Of a stretch of 64,000 nt of DNA, positions 29,401-38,440 are shown one piece after another. Below the pieces are notes generated by a model. The model did not search any database. It was not told the DNA's origin and was given only the letters and a program-made list of their open reading frames with translations. Numbering within the stretch: the stretch's first letter is position 1; each line of letters starts with the position of its first letter. Position numbers and translations under genes: made by a program. Origin of the DNA: Microscilla marina ATCC 23134 (lineage in GTDB: Bacteria; Bacteroidota; Bacteroidia; Cytophagales; Microscillaceae); assembly GCF_000169175.1 (NCBI RefSeq), contig NZ_AAWS01000006.1, positions 7,192 to 71,191 on the forward strand, read 5' to 3'.

Positions 29401-30743
29401 GGCAATATTATAAACTCACTTGGAATACCAACTTTGTGGTACCTATGATGGATACCGACGGAGATGGTATGTCAAATGTGGACGAGTATCTTAAAAGTCG
29501 CAGTATGTTTGATGCCAAAGATTTGGAGACTGGTTTTGATAAAACTGATGACGCTGATAACGCTGATAAATTTGAGGGTTGGACAAAGTTGTACCATGTT
29601 GTAAATGTGCAAGTAAAAGATGGTACCTTGCGTGGAACCTCTAACAATAGTGGTATAAGAGCAGCCATTATTAACGATCAATTTAACTTCCAGGCTGATC
29701 GGGTGCAAACCATTCAGGTACGAATGAAGGCTTCGCATAATGTGCCTGTTCTATTGTTTTTTTATATCAATAATGAATCTTATTTTCCAGCACAAAATAA
29801 GCCGGTAATTGCTCATTATACTGGCAATGGAGACTGGCAAACGCTTACTTTTAATGTGAGCAATCACCCTGCATGGAATGGTACCATCAAAGCCCTACGC
29901 CTTGACCCAGTAAATGTGCCAAATACTTCCTTTGAGATTGATTGGATCAAATCGAGTCACATAGATACTGATGGAGATGGCATGTCAGATGTGGAGGAAA
30001 ATCATAAGAACCGTGATCAGCTTGATGCCAAAGATTTGGAGACTGGTTTTGATAAAACTGATAACGCTGATAAACTTGAGGGTTGGACAAAGTTGTACCA
30101 TGTTGTAAATGTGCAAGTAAAAGATGGCACCTTGCGCGGAACCTCTGGCAATAATAATAATAGAGTAATCATTATTAACGATCAATTTAACTTCCAGGCC
30201 AATCAGGTACGCACCATTCAGGTACGAATGAAGGCTTCGCGTAATGTGCCTGCTCTATTGTTTTTTTATATCAATAATGAATCTTATTTTCCAGCAGAAA
30301 ATGAACCGATAACTACTCATTATACAGGCAATGGAGACTGGCAAACGCTTACTTTTAATGTGGGCAATCACCCTGCCTGGAATGGTACCATCAAAGCTCT
30401 ACGCCTTGACCCAGTAAATGTGCCAAATACTTCCTTTGAGATTGATTGGATCAAGAGTTGTACTAATTGTGCGGCAGCAGGAGGTTCATCGGCCAGAACC
30501 ACCACCCAAGGCTTTGTCCAACCACAGCCAGAAAGTAAGGTAAGTATTTACCCCAACCCACTGGGCGAGCAGTTATTTATCAAGGGCATTGGCGAAGGTA
30601 CCATCGTTCGCATTTTTGATATGCAGAGCAAGCTTCGTAAAAAACTGGCATACAAAGGTTCTATTAATGTAACCGACCTCGAAGCGGGTATTTATTTGGT
30701 AGAAGTAAATGGCACATTTTATAAAGTGCTAAAGGAGGAGTAA
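26469..30743 (+). CDS. Secreted G8-domain / CEMIP-TMEM2-like right-handed beta-helix protein. It has thrombospondin-type-3-like Ca-binding repeats and a T9SS (Por) C-terminal sorting domain. The start is probably MIHFTNK... at 26469, with the signal peptide ending ...PLKAQ.
   Basis: The G8-like segment is ...GDEIIITSN.... The motif GRYPFHWHMLG...VHQSYNRAITIHGT...NNFCYDHIGHGVFLEDGSERFN matches the CEMIP/TMEM2 core (GRYPIHFH...HCFF.EDG.E..N). DTDGDGMSNVDE / DTDGDGMSDVEE are calcium-binding motifs. The C-terminus VSIYPNPLGEQLFIKG...IYLVEVNGTFYKVLKEE is a T9SS CTD. Confidence 0.7.
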   Translation: MIHFTNKVVGLKPPVQPFYLACLLAFVACIHPLKAQLTAVSNSTVMSVDGSESPATSNIWKFFDGANLSTNDSDLTGNQVISLQKKGRARRSYTVTEAGYYRVRVKAALRAKVLNTQRPNVGIRIDGIDLGNIPVPSDSYTDLHSLAIYLTAGNHNIELRRVPSQEGDQTAFVDDLRLEKLHDWQIWINSQTNSSQMVTIPAGTTVVMNGNIKAKRIMVKGHLVAAQNRDLDITTHNIMVMGAGALFELGQALVPYPKQATITLNAPGDGTAHSTMGDNYLGAMGGARLEMHGLAKTSWTKLQSGGAVGSNQIVLEGAIPHWKAGDEIIITSNRLTKEEGVWVDRSEKRTIHSVAGRRVTLSTALTYAHNGGVKTYKNAEDSPTWTADLRAEVGMLTHNIKIQGAPTTTGYGGHIMIMGNGKAYVSGVELYNMGQKQKMGRYPFHWHMLGKAGKGQYFKNSSVHQSYNRAITIHGTDSTLVENNFCYDHIGHGVFLEDGSERFNTIKKNVVLLTKRPEKGEELIISDNELDKMQDRTPASFWITNPQNTFEDNIAAGTHGTGYWFAFPLKPTGASANDPRFKDMEPYKSPLISFKGNVAHSCMSGFDIFDQIRSDHKILVSMGWDNKEEHLMEDCLWFANDLALYAGFGWLEHIVQGPTDNLIFRNNIFVENKAATMFASNCIVDKSVFVAHSGYDLIPANEERRAYLVYDGPGQIHHSHFIGWDHKKANLLGNIGSAIKHVNHIFRGNTTNQVVRCELDNFNIQPTNDQPLFRLRPRVWSVVVKDETGTFTGIPNTALVSNHPFILVGDEKNPYPNKWANVYRSHHRFALATLRYPDIETNKFPNIVVTRQKQGAESRQVSYKPDGVQVGNYQSLPVIVNEGFEYIYEFDKLPSTQMIQMRMDDATTGDENTTVFKDFGKLGGLEVAAIDCPSCPDKTALSMSSYTSLDDLRSAPGSGYYIEPAGDLYVKVKAIGNRQYYKLTWNTNFVVPMMDTDGDGMSNVDEYLKSRSMFDAKDLETGFDKTDDADNADKFEGWTKLYHVVNVQVKDGTLRGTSNNSGIRAAIINDQFNFQADRVQTIQVRMKASHNVPVLLFFYINNESYFPAQNKPVIAHYTGNGDWQTLTFNVSNHPAWNGTIKALRLDPVNVPNTSFEIDWIKSSHIDTDGDGMSDVEENHKNRDQLDAKDLETGFDKTDNADKLEGWTKLYHVVNVQVKDGTLRGTSGNNNNRVIIINDQFNFQANQVRTIQVRMKASRNVPALLFFYINNESYFPAENEPITTHYTGNGDWQTLTFNVGNHPAWNGTIKALRLDPVNVPNTSFEIDWIKSCTNCAAAGGSSARTTTQGFVQPQPESKVSIYPNPLGEQLFIKGIGEGTIVRIFDMQSKLRKKLAYKGSINVTDLEAGIYLVEVNGTFYKVLKEE

Positions 30744-31158
30744 CAGTACTTTCTTATAAAAATTGAAAGTGAGGGTTAGTTGTAAAATTGGAGTGTTGGC
30801 TCCACCTCAATTACCACTAACCCTTACTCTCATGTTAATCAAAAGACGAAGTTTGTACGAAGAAATGCAAAATTGTTCAGCTGTAGATCTCAGAAATACT
30901 CACAGAAAAACACATGAGATGGCCTTTGTTTTATTGGGCATATTATTAGGCATGCTCCGTAAACACGATGGTGTTCTCTCAAGTATTCAGACTTGTTTGC
31001 GAGTGCAAAGCTCAGTCATAGCTCAAGTCTATTGAGTCATTCGGCTAGAAAGCCTGTCTTGTCAAGATCGGAGGCTTCTTTTTACCATAAGTTTCAAGTG
31101 ACCTAAAGAAACACTTAAAACAGCCTGGGCAGACGTTAATTTGGCAAATATTTCTTTT

Positions 31159-31944
31159 TTATAAAAAAAACTCATCTTCGTCTATTATCTTACACTTCCC
31201 CGAAAGTTGGCGAATAAATTCTACTTCCTTGGGTGACATAGGATTACCTGACACAATCACCTTTTTTAGTTTTTTTAGCTTTAGCTGAAAAGGTAGAAAC
31301 TGTACCTCATTATAAGCTATATCCAACACTTTCAGTTTTTGAAGCGCCCCTGATACACTAAGGTCATCACTATACAACTTATTACTACGCAGGTTTAACT
31401 CTGACAACTCAGTTAACTTAGCCATTTCTTCAGGCAACGATTTTATTTTATTATAACTTAGATCAAGGTTTTGTAGCTGGTCTAAGTTCCCTATCTCTGG
31501 TGGGACTGTTTCTATACTATTATCACTTAAATTAAGTACTTCCAAACTCTTTAACTGCTCTATTTCGGGAGGTATATGCGTAATTTGTCGTTGAATCAAA
31601 AACAAAGACTTCAAACCTGTAAAAGCGAACAACTCTGGTGGAAACGGATTCACCATTATTTTTAATGAATGACCATCGGCAGTAGACAATGGCTTTGTGT
31701 TTTTATTGTTGCCAGGCTTTAAAAAATACAGCTCATTGTCATATATTTCAATCGCGTCTACTTGCTTAATAAACTCCATTTCTACATTATTCTTAATGCA
31801 AGAAATAGGATATTTTCTTAACTCCTTGGTCACTTTTTCATTGTACTCTCCATTTTTCCCCAAACACAATTGAAAAGCAAGTGCTATGTTATGAGCATCT
31901 TTAGTTTTCAAAAGAGATAATATCTTTTTGTTATGATCTTCCAT
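31159..31944 (-). CDS. Leucine-rich repeat protein (paralog family).
   Basis: LRR repeats (LxxLxxLNLSDNSIETVPPEIGNL...). The N-terminal motif KKILSLLKTKDAHNIALAFQLCLG is shared with 54611 and 55877. Confidence 0.7.
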   Translation of the reverse strand: MEDHNKKILSLLKTKDAHNIALAFQLCLGKNGEYNEKVTKELRKYPISCIKNNVEMEFIKQVDAIEIYDNELYFLKPGNNKNTKPLSTADGHSLKIMVNPFPPELFAFTGLKSLFLIQRQITHIPPEIEQLKSLEVLNLSDNSIETVPPEIGNLDQLQNLDLSYNKIKSLPEEMAKLTELSELNLRSNKLYSDDLSVSGALQKLKVLDIAYNEVQFLPFQLKLKKLKKVIVSGNPMSPKEVEFIRQLSGKCKIIDEDEFFL

Positions 31945-32398
31945 TGTTTTTTAATACTTATAAAACCACAAAAATACACCTTTGCTCAAAAAAAAAACAC
32001 GCAAGGCTTCTCTTTAGTCATCTTTCAATAAATAATTTGAGCTATTAAAGTGTATCTATTGCCCTCATTCTTCTCAAAAAAAAGCTTCATAACTTCGGCT
32101 ATGCACCGTTTTTTTGCATCGTCTGAGAACAATATATTTTCTTGAATTGGCACCTCTTATTTTTTCCGGATCACTTATCAATTTTATGAAAAAAAATTTC
32201 ATTAATATTTCTTGGCAAATGTGGACGCTAAATATATGATACATTGTATTTTTGGGTAAAGCTTTATAATAGAGACCAGTGGTAAGCGGCAAATCGCAAG
32301 TTGTATATACCTTCTTCTACTTTATACTTGTGTTAGGTCACTTGCTACCTACCTCTTTCAAAATATACTTACTAACAAGTCTAACAATTTCAAAAACA

Positions 32399-33673
32399 AT
32401 GAGCAACGAAAACGACAACGCGACTGACAACAACCTTCGCACGGCAAAACTAATCATGGTGACTGCCAACAACAACAACAAGTATTATGAAATGCAAGAA
32501 AACGGTGATGGCACCTTTACAGTAAGCTATGGCAGGGTAGGTGGACGTGCTACTACCCGAAGCTATTCAATGCGGGAGTGGGACCAGAAGTACCGCGAAA
32601 AAACCCGCAAGGGCTACGCTGATCAAACCCACTTATTTGCCGAAAGCAAAGAGGAAATAAAACTGGCTGACATTGACGATAAGGGAGTAGAAAAGCTTGT
32701 TAATCTATTGACCAAATATGCCAAAAAATCTATTGGCGACAACTATAATGTAACTGCCGACCAGGTAACCCGCAAACAAGTGGATGAGGCGCAAGAGATT
32801 TTGGACAAGATTGTAGGGATGGTAGAAAAGAAAAGTAAGGATATAAAAGTCAAGCTTAAGCTGGAAGATCTTAACCGTAACTTGTTGAATTTGTACCAGA
32901 TTATCCCTCGTAAAATGTCTAATGTAAACGACCATTTGTTTACTGGTGCATCTACTCAAGACGATGTGGAAACCATGGAAAAGAAAATGGCAGAAGAACA
33001 GGCGACACTTGATGTAATGCGTGGACAGGTAGACATTAATGAAAAAACCAAAGTAGCTGCTGAGGAGGAGAACACCAACGAAATAAACTTGTTGGAGGCA
33101 ATGGGGCTGGAAATGGCTACGGTGACCGATGAGGCGGTAATTAGTAAAATCAAGGACTTGATGCAAGACGAAGCGCATAAGTTCCACAAGGCATTTGAGG
33201 TAACTAATATCAAGACGCAGAATTGGTACGACGACTTTAAAAAGACAGCTAAAGATCAGAAAACTGAGCTTTTTTGGCACGGGAGCCGTAACGAAAACTG
33301 GATGTCCATTCTGGAAAACGGTCTGGTGCTACGCCCCGCCAATGCGGTAATCACCGGAAAAATGTTTGGGTACGGTTTGTATTTTGCTGATAAGTTTCGT
33401 AAATCACTGAACTACACCTCTTTGCGTGGTTCTTACTGGACAGGAGGCACGGCAAAAGATGGTTTTCTTGCCTTATACGAGGTGCACGTAGGCAACCAAT
33501 ACCACCTCAAAAAACACCAATCGTGGTGTTATGAATTGAGCGAGAAAAACCTCAAGAAAAAAGGGGATTATGATTCTCTGTTTGCCGAAGGCGGCGCCGA
33601 TTTACGCAACAATGAGTACATCATTTATAATCACTCGCAGTGTACGGTCAAGTACTTGGTACAGGTGAAGTAG
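32399..33673 (+). CDS. Poly/mono-ADP-ribose polymerase homolog (WGR domain, PARP helical regulatory domain and PARP catalytic domain). The start is probably MSNENDN at 32399.
   Basis: WGR: YYEMQENGDGTFTVSYGRVGGRATTRSY. Catalytic: LFWHGSRNENWMSILENGLVLRP...TGKMFGYGLYFADKFRKSLNYT...LYEVHVGNQYHLK...NEYIIYNHSQCTVKYLVQVK. This aligns to the PARP1 catalytic core with the H-Y-E triad preserved. Confidence 0.8.
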   Translation: MSNENDNATDNNLRTAKLIMVTANNNNKYYEMQENGDGTFTVSYGRVGGRATTRSYSMREWDQKYREKTRKGYADQTHLFAESKEEIKLADIDDKGVEKLVNLLTKYAKKSIGDNYNVTADQVTRKQVDEAQEILDKIVGMVEKKSKDIKVKLKLEDLNRNLLNLYQIIPRKMSNVNDHLFTGASTQDDVETMEKKMAEEQATLDVMRGQVDINEKTKVAAEEENTNEINLLEAMGLEMATVTDEAVISKIKDLMQDEAHKFHKAFEVTNIKTQNWYDDFKKTAKDQKTELFWHGSRNENWMSILENGLVLRPANAVITGKMFGYGLYFADKFRKSLNYTSLRGSYWTGGTAKDGFLALYEVHVGNQYHLKKHQSWCYELSEKNLKKKGDYDSLFAEGGADLRNNEYIIYNHSQCTVKYLVQVK

Positions 33674-33878
33674 TAGTAGTCGATAGCATTCAGTCAATGG
33701 TCGATAGTATTTATAAGCTGTTAGCTATTGGCTGTTGGCTTTATAAAAAATACAGCATTAATTCTTAAATTTTACAAACGACAGGCTACTTGCTTGTCGT
33801 TTGTTGCTTAAGCAAATATGATTATTTATTGCTTTAGGTTTGTTATATTTGCAAACTTGGATAAATCATTCGTTCATA

Positions 33879-33979
33879 GCCCCAACGAGGTTCTAGGGAC
33901 TAGTGCATTAGGTACTAAGTTACTCACATATTATTTGGCGACTTATTTAATCCCTAATGCACTAGGTGCAAGGTTCTAG
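33879..33979. mobile_element. MITE-like palindromic element (copy B).
   Basis: gccccaacgaggttctagggactagtgcattagg ... cctaatgcactaggtgcaaggttctag, with inverted arms of about 25 bp around a roughly 45-bp loop. Confidence 0.55.
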
Positions 33980-34236
33980 ATACACCCTGTTCCATAGGCA
34001 ACTAATGACCATAAGTAACAGTAAGGACTTAAGACACTATCAAACACTCTACAAAATAGGCTGAAGTCCTCTATTTAGATATTTTTAAAATAAGTGTTGA
34101 AATTTAAAAGCTGACATAGCATATCCTCTGATTTGTAGTATAAGTAGAGTGATTTTGTACTGATAAAAGAACACTCAAAGCCCCACAGGACAGGCATACA
34201 CCTGACTGTGGGATGTTCCCAAAATTTTGCGCCAAA

Positions 34237-35673
34237 ATGAATTATAAGGAAGTTGTAGACAATAATCCCCTTCTTGAGACTGTGGCTAAGGTAGCCCAGC
34301 AAACCGGGCTTGAAACTTATGTGGTAGGTGGCTTTGTACGCGATTTGATACTTAAGCGCCCCTCGAAAGACATAGATATTGTATGTGTAGGCAGTGGTAT
34401 AGAACTGGCAAAGGCGGTAGCTGAAGAGCTACCTGATAAACCACAAGTAAATTATTTTAAGAATTTTGGTACGGCTCAAATCAAGGCTCAAGACTGGGAA
34501 CTGGAGTTTGTAGGAGCTCGGAAAGAGTCTTATCAACGCAATTCGCGCAAGCCAATTGTGGAAAATGGCACCCTCGAAGATGACCAAAACCGCCGAGATT
34601 TCACCATCAATGCTTTGGCCATTAGCCTACAGGCAAATAATTATGGTGAAGTGATAGACCCCTTTGGGGGAATAAAGCATCTGGAGCAGCGGGTAATTAA
34701 AACTCCGCTTGACCCAGACATTACTTTTTCTGATGATCCATTGCGAATGATGCGTGCCATGCGCTTTGCTACTCAGCTAAAGTTTGACATAGAACCCAAT
34801 ACGTTTGAGTCTATTCAAAAAAACAAAGAGCGTATCAAGATTGTATCGCAAGAGCGCATTACGGTAGAGCTCAATAAAATTGTAGCAGCCTCGGTGCCCT
34901 CTTATGGGTTTAAATTGTTGTTTTATGCTGAGTTGCTACACTTGATCTTTCCTGAAATGGTAGATCTGCATGGGGTCGATGTAGTAGAGGGCAAAGCACA
35001 CAAAGACAATTTTTTCCATACACTACAGGTACTTGACAATGTGGCCAAGGTATCGGACGACTTGTGGCTACGTTGGTCAGCCATTATGCATGACATTGCC
35101 AAACCTGTTACCAAACGCTTTGACAAACGGGCGGGATGGACTTTTCACGGGCATGAAGACAAAGGAGCTAAAATGGTTCCGCATATTTTTCGTAGGCTTA
35201 AGTTGCCCATGAACGACCGCATGCGTTTTGTGCAAAAATTAGTACGCTTGCACCTGCGCCCCATTCCATTGTTCCGCGACCACATCACCGATTCAGCCAT
35301 TCGCCGCTTATTGTTTGATGCTGGCGATGATATAGACGCGCTGATGATGCTTTGCCGGGCAGATATTACGTCTAAAAACCACGAGAAAGTAAAGCGTTTT
35401 CTCAAAAACTTTGATGTGGTAGAACGCAAGCTCAAAGAAATAGAAGAAAAAGACCGAATGCGCAACTTTCAACCGGTGATTACGGGTGAGGTAATTATGG
35501 AAGCGTTTGACCTGAAACCCAGCCGTGAGGTAGGACTGATAAAAACGGCAGTAAGAGAAGCGGTACTGGACGGTGAAATTCGTAATGAAATAGAAGAAGC
35601 TTTTGCTTTTATGGTAAAAAAAGGCAAAGAATATGGGCTTACCCCAGTAAAAACCATCAAAGAGTTGTCTTAG
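34237..35673 (+). CDS. cca: CCA tRNA nucleotidyltransferase / poly(A) polymerase family with an HD domain.
   Basis: [19 protein letters not shown] nucleotidyltransferase motif, [10 protein letters not shown], and a downstream HD domain (HDIAKP). Confidence 0.85.
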   Translation: MNYKEVVDNNPLLETVAKVAQQTGLETYVVGGFVRDLILKRPSKDIDIVCVGSGIELAKAVAEELPDKPQVNYFKNFGTAQIKAQDWELEFVGARKESYQRNSRKPIVENGTLEDDQNRRDFTINALAISLQANNYGEVIDPFGGIKHLEQRVIKTPLDPDITFSDDPLRMMRAMRFATQLKFDIEPNTFESIQKNKERIKIVSQERITVELNKIVAASVPSYGFKLLFYAELLHLIFPEMVDLHGVDVVEGKAHKDNFFHTLQVLDNVAKVSDDLWLRWSAIMHDIAKPVTKRFDKRAGWTFHGHEDKGAKMVPHIFRRLKLPMNDRMRFVQKLVRLHLRPIPLFRDHITDSAIRRLLFDAGDDIDALMMLCRADITSKNHEKVKRFLKNFDVVERKLKEIEEKDRMRNFQPVITGEVIMEAFDLKPSREVGLIKTAVREAVLDGEIRNEIEEAFAFMVKKGKEYGLTPVKTIKELS

Positions 35674-35694
35674 CCCTAAGGCAACTCTTTTTTC
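35659..35694 (+). terminator. Rho-independent terminator overlapping the cca stop.
   Basis: 9-bp stem aaagagttg / caactcttt followed by a T-run. Confidence 0.55.
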
Positions 35695-35706
35695 AAATTA
35701 GAATAA

Positions 35707-35940
35707 CCTAGTGCATCAGGCACTAAGTCACTCACATATTACTTGGCGACTTTTGCCCCCTGACTTCCTCGTAAAAAAGTTAGATAGCTAAGGTTCCGAT
35801 ATGCATCGGAATTCAAAAAGCGAACTATCCGCCATTTTCACGACTCGTCAGAAAACAAAACCGAGCTTTTCGCGAGCTCAACGTAGTTAATTCATCCAAA
35901 TTAATAAGCAACTTATTTAATCCCTAATGCACTAGCACAG
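35707..35940. mobile_element. MITE-like palindromic element (copy C), carrying a roughly 150-bp internal insertion relative to copy B.
   Basis: cctagtgcatcaggcactaagtcactcacatattacttggcgac ... gcaacttatttaatccctaatgcactag. The arms are homologous to copy B, and the inner segment is related to the inner part of copy A. Confidence 0.5.
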
Positions 35941-36002
35941 ACTTGTAATTGAATAAACGACTTAAGCGCACTTGCTGCTTATAGTGAGTAAGTAGCTTGT
36001 TG

Positions 36003-37238
36003 CTATTTATACCGCACAGGGTTATGCGCCCATCCTCCCCACGCCGACTCATCCCAAATATATTTTGCTTTCATTGCTTGAGCTTTTTCATACATAACCG
36101 CTGCTTTTTGGTCATGGCTATTGCCACGCATCAGCAGTGCCAAAGCGTAGCTTTCGTACAAAGCAATAGAATGAGGCAAATACTCAAATAGTTTTTGGTA
36201 GCAAATCTCTATGACCTCTCTGGGCAAACAATAGGTAATATCTATCTCAAGGGCTGCCAATAGGTCTATTGGGTCTTGAGATAGTAAGGTTTCTTTGATC
36301 AGCTCAGGTAAATAGGCAGCTCGTTGGGGGCGTTGGATGTATTGGCGAACAAAGCTTTCGAACCGATGACTGGTACGAAAAACCAAGGCTTGTGGGTGAT
36401 GTTCTAGTGACTCTTTATCTGGTATATCAGCTGTTTGCCCTGTCAAGTATTGGGCTTTCCTTTTTTCGAGGTTCCACCACCACGAGACGTGGGCTTGCTG
36501 CCCTTCAGCATAAGTTCTGATAATGGGTGAAGTAAGCAAACCGTGACAATAATCACTAGGGGTAGTGGTTTCGTCTAACAGTGTTTTGAGGCGTTGTTGG
36601 AGTTGCCAACTATAGGTAAAGTCAATATTGGCTCTGATAATTTCGCTTACCCTGAGTACTTGGTCTAAGTTGGTTTTGATACGTAAATGCATATCATATT
36701 GGCTATAAGCTTTTGCGTAGTTGGTTTGGTGCTGGTTGTCCCACAGGCGCAAGGCATACACTGCTTGGGTAGCTGCATTACGATAATTGTAATATTGAGG
36801 CTCGATGTATTGATTGATATAGGTTTGCAAAGTAGGAATCAAGCTTTCGTCGTTGTATAAAAACAAAGCAGATAGCCAAGCAGGTGAAAAAAAGATATGA
36901 TCGTTGGCGGTCAAAATAGCCTCTTTGACTTGGGGCAAAAACTGGCGCTTTTTTAATAAACCTGCCACCCAACATGCTGTTAGTAAAGCTTCGCGTTGGT
37001 AGGGTGCCCAAAGGTTTGTAGTTACATCTTGCTTACTAAATTTAAACAACGCCTCTATGTGTTCGTCGGGAATGGCAGCAAGTACGTAGCGGGTTCGCAG
37101 GATGAAATAGTCCCAATGTTGGTCGTAATGACTAAATACTTTGAGCCCAAATAAATGCCTTCGGAAGAATACAGAAAGATATGCATTAATCAAATCAGGA
37201 GGATAATATCGCAAGTTATCGCTGTTAGGGAGAAACAT
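36003..37238 (-). CDS. Hypothetical protein (411 aa), Trp/Tyr-rich, with no recognisable domain.
   Basis: Long ATG ORF between cca and the macrodomain gene. A degraded partial copy of its interior occurs at 38555-38750. Confidence 0.5.
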   Translation of the reverse strand: MFLPNSDNLRYYPPDLINAYLSVFFRRHLFGLKVFSHYDQHWDYFILRTRYVLAAIPDEHIEALFKFSKQDVTTNLWAPYQREALLTACWVAGLLKKRQFLPQVKEAILTANDHIFFSPAWLSALFLYNDESLIPTLQTYINQYIEPQYYNYRNAATQAVYALRLWDNQHQTNYAKAYSQYDMHLRIKTNLDQVLRVSEIIRANIDFTYSWQLQQRLKTLLDETTTPSDYCHGLLTSPIIRTYAEGQQAHVSWWWNLEKRKAQYLTGQTADIPDKESLEHHPQALVFRTSHRFESFVRQYIQRPQRAAYLPELIKETLLSQDPIDLLAALEIDITYCLPREVIEICYQKLFEYLPHSIALYESYALALLMRGNSHDQKAAVMYEKAQAMKAKYIWDESAWGGWAHNPVRYK

Positions 37239-37345
37239 ATTTTTACGCTAAAATTTAAACTTATTTTCTTTCCAATCGAGGCTTGAAGCCTCCATTTCTT
37301 TGCTGTAAATTGTAGCAAAAAAAACAGACCTAATTTATTAAAAAT

Positions 37346-37798
37346 ATGGCAATAACATTTAAAAAAGGGGGCTCTTTATTTGACGAAGATGTAGTGGCTA
37401 TAGTAAACCCAGTAAACACTGTGGGTGTGATGGGCAAAGGGCTGGCACTAGAGTTTAAAAAACGCTTTCCGACAAACTACGATTTATATCGGGCTGCTTG
37501 TAAAAACGACGAGGTACATACAGGACAAATGTTTGTAACCCATACGGACAACACTCCTGGCATCATTGTTAACTTTCCGACCAAACAACATTGGCGGGGA
37601 AAATCAAAATTAGCTTACGTGAGTGAGGGGCTAGATGATTTGGCAAAAGTGATAGCCGCCGAAAAGATGGCTTCTATTGCTTTGCCTCCTCTGGGCTGTG
37701 GGTATGGTGGCTTGGCCTGGACTGAGGTAAAGCGCTTGATTGAAGAAAAGCTGTCAGAAGTGGCCAATGATGTAGAGGTAATTGTCTTTGAACCTTAA
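37346..37798 (+). CDS. Standalone macrodomain protein of the DarG/TARG1-like clade (putative ADP-ribosyl hydrolase).
   Basis: IVNPVNTVGVMGKGLALEFKKRFP, NFPTKQHWRGKSKLAYV and PPLGCGYGGLAW match the DarG/TARG1 macrodomain signature (VNTVNCVGVMGKGIALQFK, NFPTK.HWR, PPLG.G.GGL). Confidence 0.75.
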   Translation: MAITFKKGGSLFDEDVVAIVNPVNTVGVMGKGLALEFKKRFPTNYDLYRAACKNDEVHTGQMFVTHTDNTPGIIVNFPTKQHWRGKSKLAYVSEGLDDLAKVIAAEKMASIALPPLGCGYGGLAWTEVKRLIEEKLSEVANDVEVIVFEP

Positions 37799-38133
37799 GA
37801 TACATTCAACTTTTTACGCTCTAAATATTTAATAGCTTCGTAAATCTTCCACTCTTATTTCTGGGCTTACAATCACCCCTGATTGTGCGGCAAAAAATAA
37901 TTATCCAGATATTAACACTTGAGTTTTTAGTGGCTTTTATCGAATTTTGCCTTGTAATTTTTCTCCAAAGTTATACTATGCCCTTAAGGTGAGTTGTCAT
38001 AAACTTTGAGCCTTAAGGGTTTTTTATTATAGTAAAAGCATAATAGTTATCGTGTGAAAACACAATTAAAACAATATTTTAATTATACTATAATTAACAC
38101 TAATTTTATAATAAAATTATTTTAAATATTTAT

Positions 38134-38415
38134 ATGAATACAGTAGAACAGATTATAGAAAAGATCAAGCAGATACGAAAAGAAAGAAAAATTAAACAAG
38201 AGGCTTTGGCGAAAGCTATAGGAGTAACTACTGGGCAATACTCGCACTATGAAACCCTCAAAACAGAAATCTCTTTGAGTAATTTTTTAAAAATACTTGC
38301 TTACTTTGAAATGTCAGTGAAAGACTTTTTTATGCTTGACTCCGCTACCATTTCCAAAGAAAACCTGGACGAGGTAATCCAAAGGCTAGAGTCCTTGCGA
38401 GATGGTAACGAATAG
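38134..38415 (+). CDS. XRE-family helix-turn-helix transcriptional regulator.
   Basis: IKQEALAKAIGVTTGQYSHYE is an HTH_3-like motif. It is preceded by a very AT-rich region. Confidence 0.6.
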   Translation: MNTVEQIIEKIKQIRKERKIKQEALAKAIGVTTGQYSHYETLKTEISLSNFLKILAYFEMSVKDFFMLDSATISKENLDEVIQRLESLRDGNE

Positions 38416-38440
38416 ATTTTAATGACATTTTTATATTTCA

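Noticed and set aside
32074-32292. 72-aa ORF upstream of the PARP gene
   Set aside because: It is short, AT-rich, overlaps the likely PARP promoter or leader, and has no recognisable features.
36003-37238. Bacterial PARG (poly-ADP-ribose glycohydrolase) between the PARP and macro genes
   Set aside because: I could not find the GGG-x6-8-QEE PARG signature or any ADP-ribosylglycohydrolase motif in the 411-aa protein, so it is left as hypothetical.
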